The notes under the pieces: model-generated
Told to the model about the DNA's origin: nothing
The model's database searches: none
The model's input: the letters and a program-made list of their open reading frames with translations, nothing else
From: Candidatus Aminicenantales bacterium
GTDB lineage: Bacteria > Acidobacteriota > Aminicenantia > Aminicenantales > UBA8522
DNA length: 59,030 bases
Direction: 5' to 3'
NCBI GenBank assembly: GCA_049287565.1
Contig: JBAQGA010000059.1
Span: 1 to 59,030, forward strand
Position numbers and translations under genes: made by a program
In this document: positions 22,941 to 31,888 of the stretch, piece by piece
Numbering within the stretch: position 1 is the first letter of the stretch
How the letters are laid out: each line of letters opens with the position of its first letter

Positions 22941-24551
22941 ATGAGCAAAGAAGAAGCTAACCAAACCCTCCTTTCGGAAGAGACCGAAACCCGCAAGATG
23001 GCCAAACGCTACCGGGTCCCTTATATCGACCTCTCGAGCTATGCGGTCAAACGGGATCTCGTCCAGTCATTTCCGCCCGATTTTCTTTACCGGGCCAACT
23101 TCATCCCCCTCGAGGTCGAGGACGATATTGTCAAGATCGCCATTTCCGATCCCTCGGATATCGGGACGATCGATGCCATCGAGTCCTTCCTCGGAAAAAA
23201 GGTCCAGGTGCACGCCGCCTCCAAGCGGGCCATCCAGGAGGCCCTGCGGAAGAGCGAAACGGCGCTCCAGGTCCTGAAGGATGCGACCGAAGGGTTCATC
23301 GTCCAGGTCGTGGAGAAGGAGAGCGGCGAAGGGGAAGAGGTCATCTCTCTCGAAAAGCTGGCCGACCAGGACGGGTCGATCATCAAGCTGGTCAATACCA
23401 TTATCTTCACCGCCGTCCAGAAACGGGGCAGCGACGTCCATGTCGAATCGCGAGACGACGGCGTCCGGATCAAGTACCGCATCGACGGCGTCCTCAGCGA
23501 GGCCATGGAGCCGATCAGCAAGAAGTTCCAGTCGCCGATCATCTCCCGTATCAAGGTCATGTCCGACCTGGACATCGCCGAGCGCCGCGTTCCCCAGGAC
23601 GGACGGTTCCGGCTCAAGATCAAGGACAAGACCATCGATTTCCGGGTCTCCATCATGCCCAGCATCTACGGAGAGGACGCGGTCATTCGCATCCTGGACA
23701 AGGAGATGATCACCCAGGCCATCACCGAGCTGAGGCTGGACCTGCTCGGCTTCTCCGACGGCCTGCTGCAGAAGTTCCGCCGTTACATCACCCAGCCCTA
23801 CGGCATGATCCTGGTCACCGGGCCGACGGGGAGCGGAAAGACGACCACTCTTTACGCCGCCCTGACCGAGATCAAGGCGCCGGAAGACAAGATCATTACC
23901 ATCGAGGATCCCGTCGAGTACCAGATCGACGGCATCACCCAGATCCCGGTCAACGAGAAAAAGGGGCTCACCTTCGCCCGCGGGCTGCGCTCGATCCTGA
24001 GACACGATCCCGACAAGATCATGGTCGGCGAGATCCGGGACCCGGAGACGGCCCAGATCGCCATCCAGTCCGCCTTGACCGGCCATCTCGTCTTCACCAC
24101 CGTCCATGCCAACAATGTCTTTGACGTCATCGGCCGTTTCCTCCACATGCAGGTCGACCCTTACAGTTTCATTTCCGCCCTGAACTGCATCCTGGCCCAG
24201 CGCCTGGTCAGGGTTCTGTGTCCGCGCTGCAAAGAGGCGGTCAAATACGGTCCGGAGCAACTCCTCGAATCCGGACTCTCGCCGGACAAATACCGGAACA
24301 CGACTTTCTACGAAGCCCGGGGATGTCCGGACTGCGGCCAGACGGGATACCAGGGGCGGACGGCCATCGCCGAGCTGCTCGAATTGTCCGACGCCATCCG
24401 GGAGATGATCCTGGGGAGGAAGCCGCTTTCGGAAGTCAAGAAGCAGGCCAAGAAGGAAGGGATCGTTTTCTTGAGAGAGGTCGGGCTGGAGAAGGTCTTC
24501 AATGGTATCACGAGCCTCAAAGAGCTCAACAAAGTGACCTTTGTCGAATGA
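22941..24551 (+). CDS. pilB: type IV pilus assembly / type II secretion ATPase (PilB/GspE family)
   Basis: 536 aa. N-terminal T2SSE_N-like domain. Walker A GPTGSGKTTT. Asp and His boxes. Tetracysteine CPRC...CPDC motif. Confidence 0.9.
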   Translation: MSKEEANQTLLSEETETRKMAKRYRVPYIDLSSYAVKRDLVQSFPPDFLYRANFIPLEVEDDIVKIAISDPSDIGTIDAIESFLGKKVQVHAASKRAIQEALRKSETALQVLKDATEGFIVQVVEKESGEGEEVISLEKLADQDGSIIKLVNTIIFTAVQKRGSDVHVESRDDGVRIKYRIDGVLSEAMEPISKKFQSPIISRIKVMSDLDIAERRVPQDGRFRLKIKDKTIDFRVSIMPSIYGEDAVIRILDKEMITQAITELRLDLLGFSDGLLQKFRRYITQPYGMILVTGPTGSGKTTTLYAALTEIKAPEDKIITIEDPVEYQIDGITQIPVNEKKGLTFARGLRSILRHDPDKIMVGEIRDPETAQIAIQSALTGHLVFTTVHANNVFDVIGRFLHMQVDPYSFISALNCILAQRLVRVLCPRCKEAVKYGPEQLLESGLSPDKYRNTTFYEARGCPDCGQTGYQGRTAIAELLELSDAIREMILGRKPLSEVKKQAKKEGIVFLREVGLEKVFNGITSLKELNKVTFVE

Positions 24552-24555
24552 ACGC

Positions 24556-25533
24556 ATGACACTTCACCGCGGGAGTCTCAACGATTATTTCACGGCCCCT
24601 CTCTGTCCGTCGGCCATCATCCAGCTGTCCTCCACCTATGTCAGCGGCCTCCATGTGGATGTGAAAGAGAGACAGGTCAAGCGTCATTTTGTCCTCGATC
24701 TTCCCGGGAAACTTATCGAGCCGCATTTTGACCGCCCGAACCTGGCCGACGCGGCCGCCCTGGCGGGAATCCTGAAAGACGGCCTGAACGAGCTTCATGT
24801 CTCCGGGAAGAAGGTCGCCTGCCTGGTCCCGGAGGCCTGTCTTAAGATTTTTGTCCTGGCTTTCGACTCTCTCCCGGCATCCGAGCGGGAGCGGGAGAAG
24901 CTCATCCGCTGGCGGGCGAAAAAGCAGATGCCCGTGTTGCCCGAGGACGTCCGCTTGTCTTACGAGGCTAGGCCCTCCTCCTCTTCGATCAAAGTCCTGG
25001 CCGCGTTGGCGCGGACGCCCGTTATCAAAGAGTATGAAGACCTGTTCGCGGGGTTGGGACTGGAGGTCGGTATCCTCACCGTCCCGACGCTCAGCCTTCT
25101 CAACCTGCTGGATTGGGAGAAAGAAAGCGACTTGCTGACGGTCAATATCGAAGACGACTCGCTGGGCCTGGCGGCCGTCACCCGGGCGGAGCCCGCCCTC
25201 TACCGGTTGAAGATGTTCGCCGTGGAGCGGGGAAACATCCAGGATTTTACCCGCAAAGTCGAGACCATCGTCAAAGAAATCGAAAACACAGCTCATTTCA
25301 TCGAGGACAGAGAGAAGCGGGAGATTCGTTCTCTTTGGTTCCGCTCCGGATTGAAAGAAAGCCGGAAGGATATCCAGGAGGCGTTGAGAGCGGGGCTTCC
25401 CTTTGACGTCCATCCAGTCCCGGTCCCGGACTCTTTCGGTTTGGCCTCGGAGATCAGCCATTTTATGGCTCCTCTCGTTGGGCAGATCCCATGGCGAAGA
25501 GACCATGCTTCAGGGCAAAAACGAAAGAGTTGA
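24556..25533 (+). CDS. pilM: PilM-like actin-fold pilus alignment protein
   Basis: Position immediately before PilN/O/P/Q-like genes. Pattern VACLVPEACLKIFVLAFDSLPASEREREKLIRWRAKKQMPVLPEDVRLSY resembles the PilM core. Divergent, no clear ATP-binding motifs seen by eye. Confidence 0.6.
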   Translation: MTLHRGSLNDYFTAPLCPSAIIQLSSTYVSGLHVDVKERQVKRHFVLDLPGKLIEPHFDRPNLADAAALAGILKDGLNELHVSGKKVACLVPEACLKIFVLAFDSLPASEREREKLIRWRAKKQMPVLPEDVRLSYEARPSSSSIKVLAALARTPVIKEYEDLFAGLGLEVGILTVPTLSLLNLLDWEKESDLLTVNIEDDSLGLAAVTRAEPALYRLKMFAVERGNIQDFTRKVETIVKEIENTAHFIEDREKREIRSLWFRSGLKESRKDIQEALRAGLPFDVHPVPVPDSFGLASEISHFMAPLVGQIPWRRDHASGQKRKS

Positions 25534-25552
25534 GGCGAAGGCACGCTCTGTA

Positions 25553-26125
25553 ATGATATCGACTCGAAGGCGACGATTGAGCGTGAACCTGGCGACGCGG
25601 CCACTCCGCAACCGCCGGCTGTTCTTTCTTCTGGGGGGGATGCTGGGGCTGGCCTTCCTGGTGACGAGTTTGGTGGCGGTCATCATCTTTTTCCAGTTCA
25701 GCCTGAAGAAAAGAGTGGTCAAAGCCGGCTTGCATGAAACCGATGCCTCCATCAGGGCCGCTCAAACAGAGGAGAAACGACTGGCGGCCAGGGTCAAAGA
25801 AGCGGTCGGCAAGGACCAAGACATCATCGATACGATCAACGGCATCATCCTGAAAAAAAGTTTTTCTTGGACGGATTTCCTCTCCAAACTGGAGGAATGT
25901 TTACCCGATTCCAGCTATATCCTCTCGCTGGCGATACCGCAAATTGACAACACCCGGATTCAGTCTCGCGTCAAGATCGTATCCCAAAGCCTGGATGACC
26001 TCCTGGACCTGATCAACAGGCTCCAGGATCTGAATTTCAGCCGGCCGCGGGTGGAGACCGAAGAGAGAAACGACCAGGGGCAGCTCGTTTCGGAGATCTC
26101 GGTGACCTATGAACGAATTATTTAG
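25553..26125 (+). CDS. pilN: PilN-like bitopic pilus alignment protein
   Basis: N-terminus LSVNLATRPLRNRR followed by one TM helix and a coiled-coil, as in the PilN/Fimbrial_assembly family. Start ATG 25553, just after the pilM stop (alternative 25505). Confidence 0.6.
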   Translation: MISTRRRRLSVNLATRPLRNRRLFFLLGGMLGLAFLVTSLVAVIIFFQFSLKKRVVKAGLHETDASIRAAQTEEKRLAARVKEAVGKDQDIIDTINGIILKKSFSWTDFLSKLEECLPDSSYILSLAIPQIDNTRIQSRVKIVSQSLDDLLDLINRLQDLNFSRPRVETEERNDQGQLVSEISVTYERII

Positions 26126-26672
26126 CACGCTGGACGAAAAAGAAAGGGCGCGGCTGCGACTCATCAGTCTTCTTTTCCTTATCGCCCTGTTCGTTCTCCT
26201 TGTCTTTTCCCTTGGCCAGCGCCGCAGCTATCATCACCTCGTTGATCAGCTCCGGGGAAAGGAGAAGACCGCCGCCGTGGCCGAGGGCAAGCGGGCGGAA
26301 AACGCGGCCGAGTGGGAGCAATGGGAGCAAAGCTCAAAAGACATCCAGGCCCTCAGAGAAAAATTCTTCTACCATGAGGGAGAGGAGATCAACGAGCTCC
26401 GGCTCGACCTCAGGAAGATCTTCTCCGAGTCGGGGATCACCAGCCGGTCCTTCAAGTACAGTTATGCCAGCCTGGAAAAAGAGAAGATCGGGAAGGTCAG
26501 CGTCACCTTCACCTTCACCGGCACATATCCCATTCTGAAGAGGTTCCTGCAGATGCTCGAGCGGTTCCCCAAGTTCCTCCTTCTCGAGAAGATCGACTTC
26601 CTGAAGATCGGCAGCGAGGGAGCCCAGCTCGAATTGAGGATTGTTTTGGCAGGTTATTATGCGAATATTTAG
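26109..26672 (+). CDS. pilO: PilO-like bitopic pilus alignment protein
   Basis: 187 aa. Short cytoplasmic N-terminus, one TM (LISLLFLIALFVLLVFSL), coiled-coil, then a ferredoxin-like C-terminal domain. Synteny after pilN. 17-nt overlap. Confidence 0.55.
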   Translation: MNELFSTLDEKERARLRLISLLFLIALFVLLVFSLGQRRSYHHLVDQLRGKEKTAAVAEGKRAENAAEWEQWEQSSKDIQALREKFFYHEGEEINELRLDLRKIFSESGITSRSFKYSYASLEKEKIGKVSVTFTFTGTYPILKRFLQMLERFPKFLLLEKIDFLKIGSEGAQLELRIVLAGYYANI

Positions 26673-27174
26673 GCCTCTGGCGGTGGCGGCCGTACTCGTC
26701 CTGGCCGTCGGCTCCTGCCCAGCCCAGACCCGGAACCGTCCGCCGGCCAAGCCGTCGCCCCCGGAAGAAAGAAACAGCCTGCTCCGGATGGACCTTCTTC
26801 AACTGCGGCAGGGGGGGATGGCACCTGCCCAGAGGAACATCTTCGCTCCTCAAGCGCGGACCAGCCGCCCCATGGGCATCCTTCCTCAGGGAGATCAGCA
26901 GGCGGCGCCCGATGATCAGGCTGCGGATATGTCTGTTCTCTCGGCCAGAGAGGCCGCAGTGCCTCCGGTCATGAGCGTCGACCTCCGCTACATCGGGTTC
27001 ATCGAATCTTCACGGCTGATGATCGCCCTAGTCGTGTTCGAAGGTCGGGCCGTGGCCGTTGTGGAGGGCGAGGTGGTGAGTGAAGGGATCCGCATCGGCA
27101 AGATCACCCGGGAGCAGGTCGAGGTCATCCTGCCGGATTCCTCCGCGAGGGCGTTTCCTTTAGAAGGAGAATAA
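26659..27174 (+). CDS. pilP: PilP-like lipoprotein
   Basis: Lipobox LAVGSC. Pro-rich linker. C-terminal beta domain LRYIGFIESSRLMIALVVFEGRAVAVVEGEVVSEGIRIGKI typical of PilP. Directly precedes the secretin gene. Confidence 0.5.
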   Translation: MRIFRPLAVAAVLVLAVGSCPAQTRNRPPAKPSPPEERNSLLRMDLLQLRQGGMAPAQRNIFAPQARTSRPMGILPQGDQQAAPDDQAADMSVLSAREAAVPPVMSVDLRYIGFIESSRLMIALVVFEGRAVAVVEGEVVSEGIRIGKITREQVEVILPDSSARAFPLEGE

Positions 27175-27176
27175 GC

Positions 27177-29339
27177 ATGAGAAAGAATGCCGGGGCTCTG
27201 ATCATCCTGTCCTTCCTTTTATCGGGCTGCGTGAACTTCGGCCCCCAATATTTCAAGATGGGCAATGAGGCCGAGATCAATAAAGACTGGGACCAGGCTA
27301 TCCAACACTATGAAAAAGCCATCGCCGAGAAACCCAACGAATACGCCTATAAGATGTCTCTGATGCGCGTGCGCCTGTCGGCCAGCATGTCGTATCTCCG
27401 GTCCGCCCGGAACTTCGTGGCCCAGGGGAGAATCGAAGAAGCACTCAAGGATTATGAAAAAGCCCTGGCCTATGATCCCCAGAACAGGTCCATTTTCGAG
27501 GAGATGCGCCGGCTCACGCAGGAAGCTCCCCCCGTTGCGGAACCTGAGGAGGAGATCATCGAATATCCGGTCAAGCTGAAGGCGCCGCCGGATAAGATTG
27601 AGCTCAAGTTCACCGAGGCCAGCCTGCGCTCGATCTTCCAGGCGTTGGGCAAACATAGCGGGATGAACATCATCTTCGATGAGCTATTCAAGGACATGCC
27701 CATGACCATCGATATTGCTGGCAAGCAGTTTGAAAAAGCCGTCGCCTATCTGTGCCTGGCCAGCAAGAACTTCTACCGGGTGATCGATGAGCAAACGCTC
27801 GTCATCATACCCGACCAACCGGTCAAGCGCATCCAGTACGAGCAGCACGCCATCAAGGTGTTTTACCTGTCCAATATCAACGCCCAGGACATTTTTGCCG
27901 CCCTGCAGCAGATGCTCCGGTCGCAGATCCGAGCGCCCAACATCTTCGTCGACAAGACGCTCAATACCGTGACGATCCGGGACACGCCGGCCAACCTGAT
28001 GCTTGCCGCTAAGCTCATCCGGAAATGGGATAAGCCCCGAGGCGAGATCGTCGTCGACCTCGAGATCATGGAGGTCTCCCGCCAAAAACTGCGGGAAATC
28101 GGGGTCGACCTGGACAACGCCGCTCTCGGCCTGCGCTATGCCGGTCCGGGAGCCGCTGAAGATGCGGGCTGGTACAAGCTTGGAGAACTCAAACTGGGCG
28201 CCAGTTCCAGCTATCAGGTCTCTCTGCCGTCCGCCCTGATCCGGTTCCTGCAGGCGGACTCCGACACCAAGGTGCTGGCCCAGCCGCGTCTGCGCGGTGT
28301 CGGCGACGAGGAGATGAGAACCCTGGTCGGGCAGAAAGTGCCCATCCCCCAGACGACGTTCACACCCATCGCCGCCGGCGGGGTCAGCCAGCAGCCGATC
28401 ACTTCTTTCACCTACCAGGATGTCGGCCTGGAGATCACGATCAAGCCGAAGATCCACCTGGAAAAAGAGATCACCCTGGAGATCGAGGTCAAAATCACCA
28501 ACATCGCCGGCTCCGGATTCGCTGATATCCCGATCATTTCCAACCGGGAGATCAAGAACGTCATCCGGCTCAAGGACGGCGAAACCAACCTTCTGGCCGG
28601 CCTGCTCCGTGATGAAGAGAGAAGGTCCCTGAGCGGGATCGCGGGATTGGCCGGTATTCCTATCATCGGCAACCTCTTCGGCTCGACCGACAAGACGATC
28701 GATCAATCCGACCTCGTCCTGACCGTCACGCCTTACATCATCCGCTCTTTGCCCAGGACAGCCGAGGATGACAAACCCCTTTGGATCGAGCTTGAGGGGA
28801 TTTCATCCATCAGCCGGGGCGATCGCTCTCAGATCGATGAAATAACGAGGCGGGAGATGGAGATGGGCGAGGAAACCGCAGTAATGCGGACTCCGGAAGC
28901 AGAGGAAGATAAACCACAGGAGGACCTGGGCGCCAGTGAGGTGTCCCTCGACCCGGCCAATTTCGAGGTCCCCCAGGGCCGGGAGTTCCGGATCAGTGCC
29001 AATGTGAGGAGCCAGCAGGAGATCGGCAACATGTCTTTCAGCCTGAGCTTCAATCCCCAGATCGTAAAGCTCAAGGACATCATCGAAGGGGGATTTATCA
29101 GGATGCCCGGGGCACAGGTTCCCTTCTTGAAAAATATCGCCGAGGGAAGCTGCACCATCGGATTCTCCAGTCCGCAACCTGCTCAAGGATTGAAGGGGGG
29201 CGGAAATCTGGCCATCCTGGTCTTTGATGCGGTCGCCCCCGGAGAGACTCGCATTATGGTGACGGCGGTCTCCGCCAACACTCCGCGCGGCCAGTCCATC
29301 AACTTCACGGCCCGGGAATCGCGCGTCGTCGTCCGCTAG
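27177..29339 (+). CDS. pilQ: secretin (PilQ/GspD family) with N-terminal TPR lipoprotein module and C-terminal cohesin-like domain
   Basis: Lipobox FLLSGC. TPR-like repeats (WDQAIQHYEKAIAEKPNE..., EEALKDYEKALAYDPQN). N-domains. Secretin core LLAGLLRDEERRSLSGIAGLAGIPIIGNLFGS...DLVLTVTPYII. Acidic linker. Then a ~140-aa beta domain with cohesin-like pattern (GNMSFSLSFNPQIVKL..., GNLAILVFDAVAPGETRIMV). Confidence 0.85.
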   Translation: MRKNAGALIILSFLLSGCVNFGPQYFKMGNEAEINKDWDQAIQHYEKAIAEKPNEYAYKMSLMRVRLSASMSYLRSARNFVAQGRIEEALKDYEKALAYDPQNRSIFEEMRRLTQEAPPVAEPEEEIIEYPVKLKAPPDKIELKFTEASLRSIFQALGKHSGMNIIFDELFKDMPMTIDIAGKQFEKAVAYLCLASKNFYRVIDEQTLVIIPDQPVKRIQYEQHAIKVFYLSNINAQDIFAALQQMLRSQIRAPNIFVDKTLNTVTIRDTPANLMLAAKLIRKWDKPRGEIVVDLEIMEVSRQKLREIGVDLDNAALGLRYAGPGAAEDAGWYKLGELKLGASSSYQVSLPSALIRFLQADSDTKVLAQPRLRGVGDEEMRTLVGQKVPIPQTTFTPIAAGGVSQQPITSFTYQDVGLEITIKPKIHLEKEITLEIEVKITNIAGSGFADIPIISNREIKNVIRLKDGETNLLAGLLRDEERRSLSGIAGLAGIPIIGNLFGSTDKTIDQSDLVLTVTPYIIRSLPRTAEDDKPLWIELEGISSISRGDRSQIDEITRREMEMGEETAVMRTPEAEEDKPQEDLGASEVSLDPANFEVPQGREFRISANVRSQQEIGNMSFSLSFNPQIVKLKDIIEGGFIRMPGAQVPFLKNIAEGSCTIGFSSPQPAQGLKGGGNLAILVFDAVAPGETRIMVTAVSANTPRGQSINFTARESRVVVR

Positions 29340-29363
29340 GATAGACAGGGCCTTTTCTCTGTT

Positions 29364-29392
29364 TTGACTTCCCGCCGCGCCTATTCTATCTT
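29364..29392 (+). promoter_or_regulatory. sigma-70-type promoter TTGACT-17-TATCTT for the NTPase-AOR-aldolase genes (leaderless candidate)
   Basis: TTGACT 29364-29369, 17-nt spacer, TATCTT 29387-29392. ATG 29399 lies 6 nt downstream. No SD. Confidence 0.4.
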
Positions 29393-29398
29393 GTGGCC

Positions 29399-29965
29399 AT
29401 GATCCTCATCCTGACGGGTCCTGTCCACACGGGAAAAACCAGTTTCTTGAAGAACCTCCTTCCCGTCCTCAAGGCCCAGGGAATCCCTGTTTCCGGCTAT
29501 CTCAGCCCCTCCGTCTTGAAGCGGGGCCGGACGTTCGGTTATGACCTCTTCGATATCAAGGCGGGCAAGTCTGTGCCTTTCCTCCGTCGCAAAGGACAGG
29601 CCGGATGGCAGAAGGTCGGCCCCTACTTTTTTCTTCCTTCAGGCTTGCGGGCCGCGGAGGATAAGATCCTCGGTTGTCCGACCGGAGGATGGCTGGTTGT
29701 CGACGAGGTCGGACCGCAGGAGTTGGCCCGCCGCGGCGTTTGGCCGGCCCTCTCGGCCGTCCTCTCGCGGCCGGAGCTCGATTGCCTTCTGGTTGTGAGA
29801 AGTCCTCTTCTCGACGAGCTTCAAGGTCTTCTGGGGAAGCGGCCGATCGAGGTCTTCGACATCGAGGCTGAAAATTTGCTTCCCGTCCTCCTGGAAAGGC
29901 TGTTGAAACCGGCGGCCGGAAGAGCGGTTAAAAAGGGAGCGAAGAAAAGCCGGCGCGCCTCGTGA
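29399..29965 (+). CDS. P-loop NTPase (THEP1/DUF2478-like)
   Basis: Walker A LTGPVHTGKTS at the extreme N-terminus and Walker B-like LVVDEVGPQE. No SD. A -10-like box lies 6 nt upstream of the ATG. Confidence 0.6.
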   Translation: MILILTGPVHTGKTSFLKNLLPVLKAQGIPVSGYLSPSVLKRGRTFGYDLFDIKAGKSVPFLRRKGQAGWQKVGPYFFLPSGLRAAEDKILGCPTGGWLVVDEVGPQELARRGVWPALSAVLSRPELDCLLVVRSPLLDELQGLLGKRPIEVFDIEAENLLPVLLERLLKPAAGRAVKKGAKKSRRAS

Positions 29966-30049
29966 AGAAGCCTTGCTCGTTTCCTCATCCTTGTTATCGC
30001 CGGGTCGTTTTGCTAAGCTCCCGGTGGAATTCGAGGAGCGCATCCGTCG

Positions 30050-31888
30050 ATGAGTGAACTTCCGTGGGGTGTTCACGGCCGGATCCTGGAGGTCGACCTC
30101 AGCAGCGGCCGGATCGAGGAGACTCCTCTGGACCGCGGCCTCGTCGAGGATTACATCGGCGGCCGCGGCCTGGGAGCGCGACTCCTCTATGGCCGCATCG
30201 ACCCGGGATGCGATGCTCTCAGCCCGGACAACATCATCGTTATCGCCGCAGCTCCCCTCATCGGCACCAACGCACCTACGGCCGGCCGAGGCCACATGGT
30301 CTTCAAATCCCCGCTGTCCGGAAGCATCGGCAGCTCCAACTGCGGCGGCACTTGGGCTCCCGCTTTCAAATCCGCCGGCTATGACGTCCTCGTCATTAAG
30401 GGGAAAGCGGCCTCGCCGGTGCTGATCGATATCCAGCCGGGGAGTATCGAGATTCTCCCAGCGGACCATGTTTGGGGCAAAAACGTCCATCAAACCACGG
30501 AAGTTTTGCTCGCAGATGCAGCCGACCGGCGCGCCCGTATCCTTTGCATCGGTCCCGCGGGCGAAAACAAGGTCCGGTTCGCCGCCGTCATAAATGACCG
30601 GAACCGGGCCTACGGCCGGGGAGGACCGGGCGCCATCTGGGGGAGCAAGAACCTCAAGGCCATCCGGGTTTTCGGACAGGAAAAGATCCGGATCAAGGAC
30701 AAGGAGAAATTCCAAGCGGGACTGGACCAGAGCTTCTATCTCTTGAAGCAGGCTCCGGCCACCAAGCGCCTGCTTCGCGATCTCGGTACGGCCGGCCTGG
30801 TCGAACTCATCAACCTGATCAATATGCTGCCCCATCGCAATTTTCAGGATAACCTTCACCGGGATGAGGACGTGGAGAAAGTCTCGGGGGAAACATTGGC
30901 CAAGAAACTGCTCGAGCGGGCGGCCGGTTGCTACCTCTGTCCGATAGCCTGCCAGAGACATACCCGGGTGGGCGACAAGAAGGGCGAGGGTCCCGAGTAC
31001 GAGACCATGGTCATGATCGGCCCGGACTGCGACATCTATGACCTTGAGGCGATCACCCGGGTCAACTATCTCTGCAACGAGCTGGGGATGGACACGATCT
31101 CCTTCGGCGGCACTCTGGCCTGCGCCATGGAGCTTTACCAGCGGGGGGTCCTGACGTCCGGGGATACAGAGGGGCTCGACCTCCGCTTCGGCCGGAGTGA
31201 TCTCCTCGATGAGCTCGCCCGCCGCATCGCTTTCCGGCAGGGGATCGGCGACCGGCTGGCCGAGGGTTCCTTCCGGCTGGCCGACTCTTGCGCCCATCCG
31301 GAATGGGCCATGACCATCAAGAAACAGGAGATCCCCGCCTACGAGCCCCGGGCTTCGTTCACCCAGGCACTGGGCTACATGACCTCTCCGACCGGGGCCT
31401 GCCATCTCAAAGGCGGGTACGCCGTATCGCTGGCCTTCTTCGGCGGCCCCAGGGAGATACCCCGTTTCAGCCTGCTCCAGTCGCCCATCGGCATCCGCAA
31501 TATGCATAACCTGGGCATCATCCAGGACAGCCTGGGAGTCTGCCGGTTCACCGGTTATGCCTTTTCCTACGATCCCTGGGCCAGGATGATGAGCGGGATC
31601 ACCGGGCTGGATTTTTCGACGGCCAGGCTGGAAGAGATCGCCAACCGGGTCGCCGCCGTGGAAAGACTCTTCAACCTGGCGGCCGGGTTAACCTCCGCTG
31701 ACGATACCCTCCCTGAAAGGTTCAGCCTCGAGCCGATCCTGGTCGCAGGGGAGGAGCGGGTGGTCTCGGGAGAGGCCATCTCGAGGATGAGAGCCGATTA
31801 TTACCGGGCCCGCGGATGGGATGATGAGGGGAGACCGACATCCGGCCTGCTACGGTCCCTGCGGGTCAGGCCCCGGAGGGCGCCGTGA
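30050..31888 (+). CDS. aor: aldehyde:ferredoxin oxidoreductase (tungstopterin AOR family)
   Basis: 612 aa. N-terminus GRILEVDLSSGRIEETPLDRGLVEDYIGGRGLGARLLY and full-length AOR-family collinearity (N-terminal AFOR_N plus C-terminal domains, CxxC region GCYLCPIAC). Confidence 0.9.
   Translation: MSELPWGVHGRILEVDLSSGRIEETPLDRGLVEDYIGGRGLGARLLYGRIDPGCDALSPDNIIVIAAAPLIGTNAPTAGRGHMVFKSPLSGSIGSSNCGGTWAPAFKSAGYDVLVIKGKAASPVLIDIQPGSIEILPADHVWGKNVHQTTEVLLADAADRRARILCIGPAGENKVRFAAVINDRNRAYGRGGPGAIWGSKNLKAIRVFGQEKIRIKDKEKFQAGLDQSFYLLKQAPATKRLLRDLGTAGLVELINLINMLPHRNFQDNLHRDEDVEKVSGETLAKKLLERAAGCYLCPIACQRHTRVGDKKGEGPEYETMVMIGPDCDIYDLEAITRVNYLCNELGMDTISFGGTLACAMELYQRGVLTSGDTEGLDLRFGRSDLLDELARRIAFRQGIGDRLAEGSFRLADSCAHPEWAMTIKKQEIPAYEPRASFTQALGYMTSPTGACHLKGGYAVSLAFFGGPREIPRFSLLQSPIGIRNMHNLGIIQDSLGVCRFTGYAFSYDPWARMMSGITGLDFSTARLEEIANRVAAVERLFNLAAGLTSADDTLPERFSLEPILVAGEERVVSGEAISRMRADYYRARGWDDEGRPTSGLLRSLRVRPRRAP

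Noticed and set aside
26644-26660. Sigma-54-like string TTGGCAGGTTATTATGC near the pilP start.
   Set aside because: The GG-to-GC spacing is off by one and it lies inside the pilO coding sequence.
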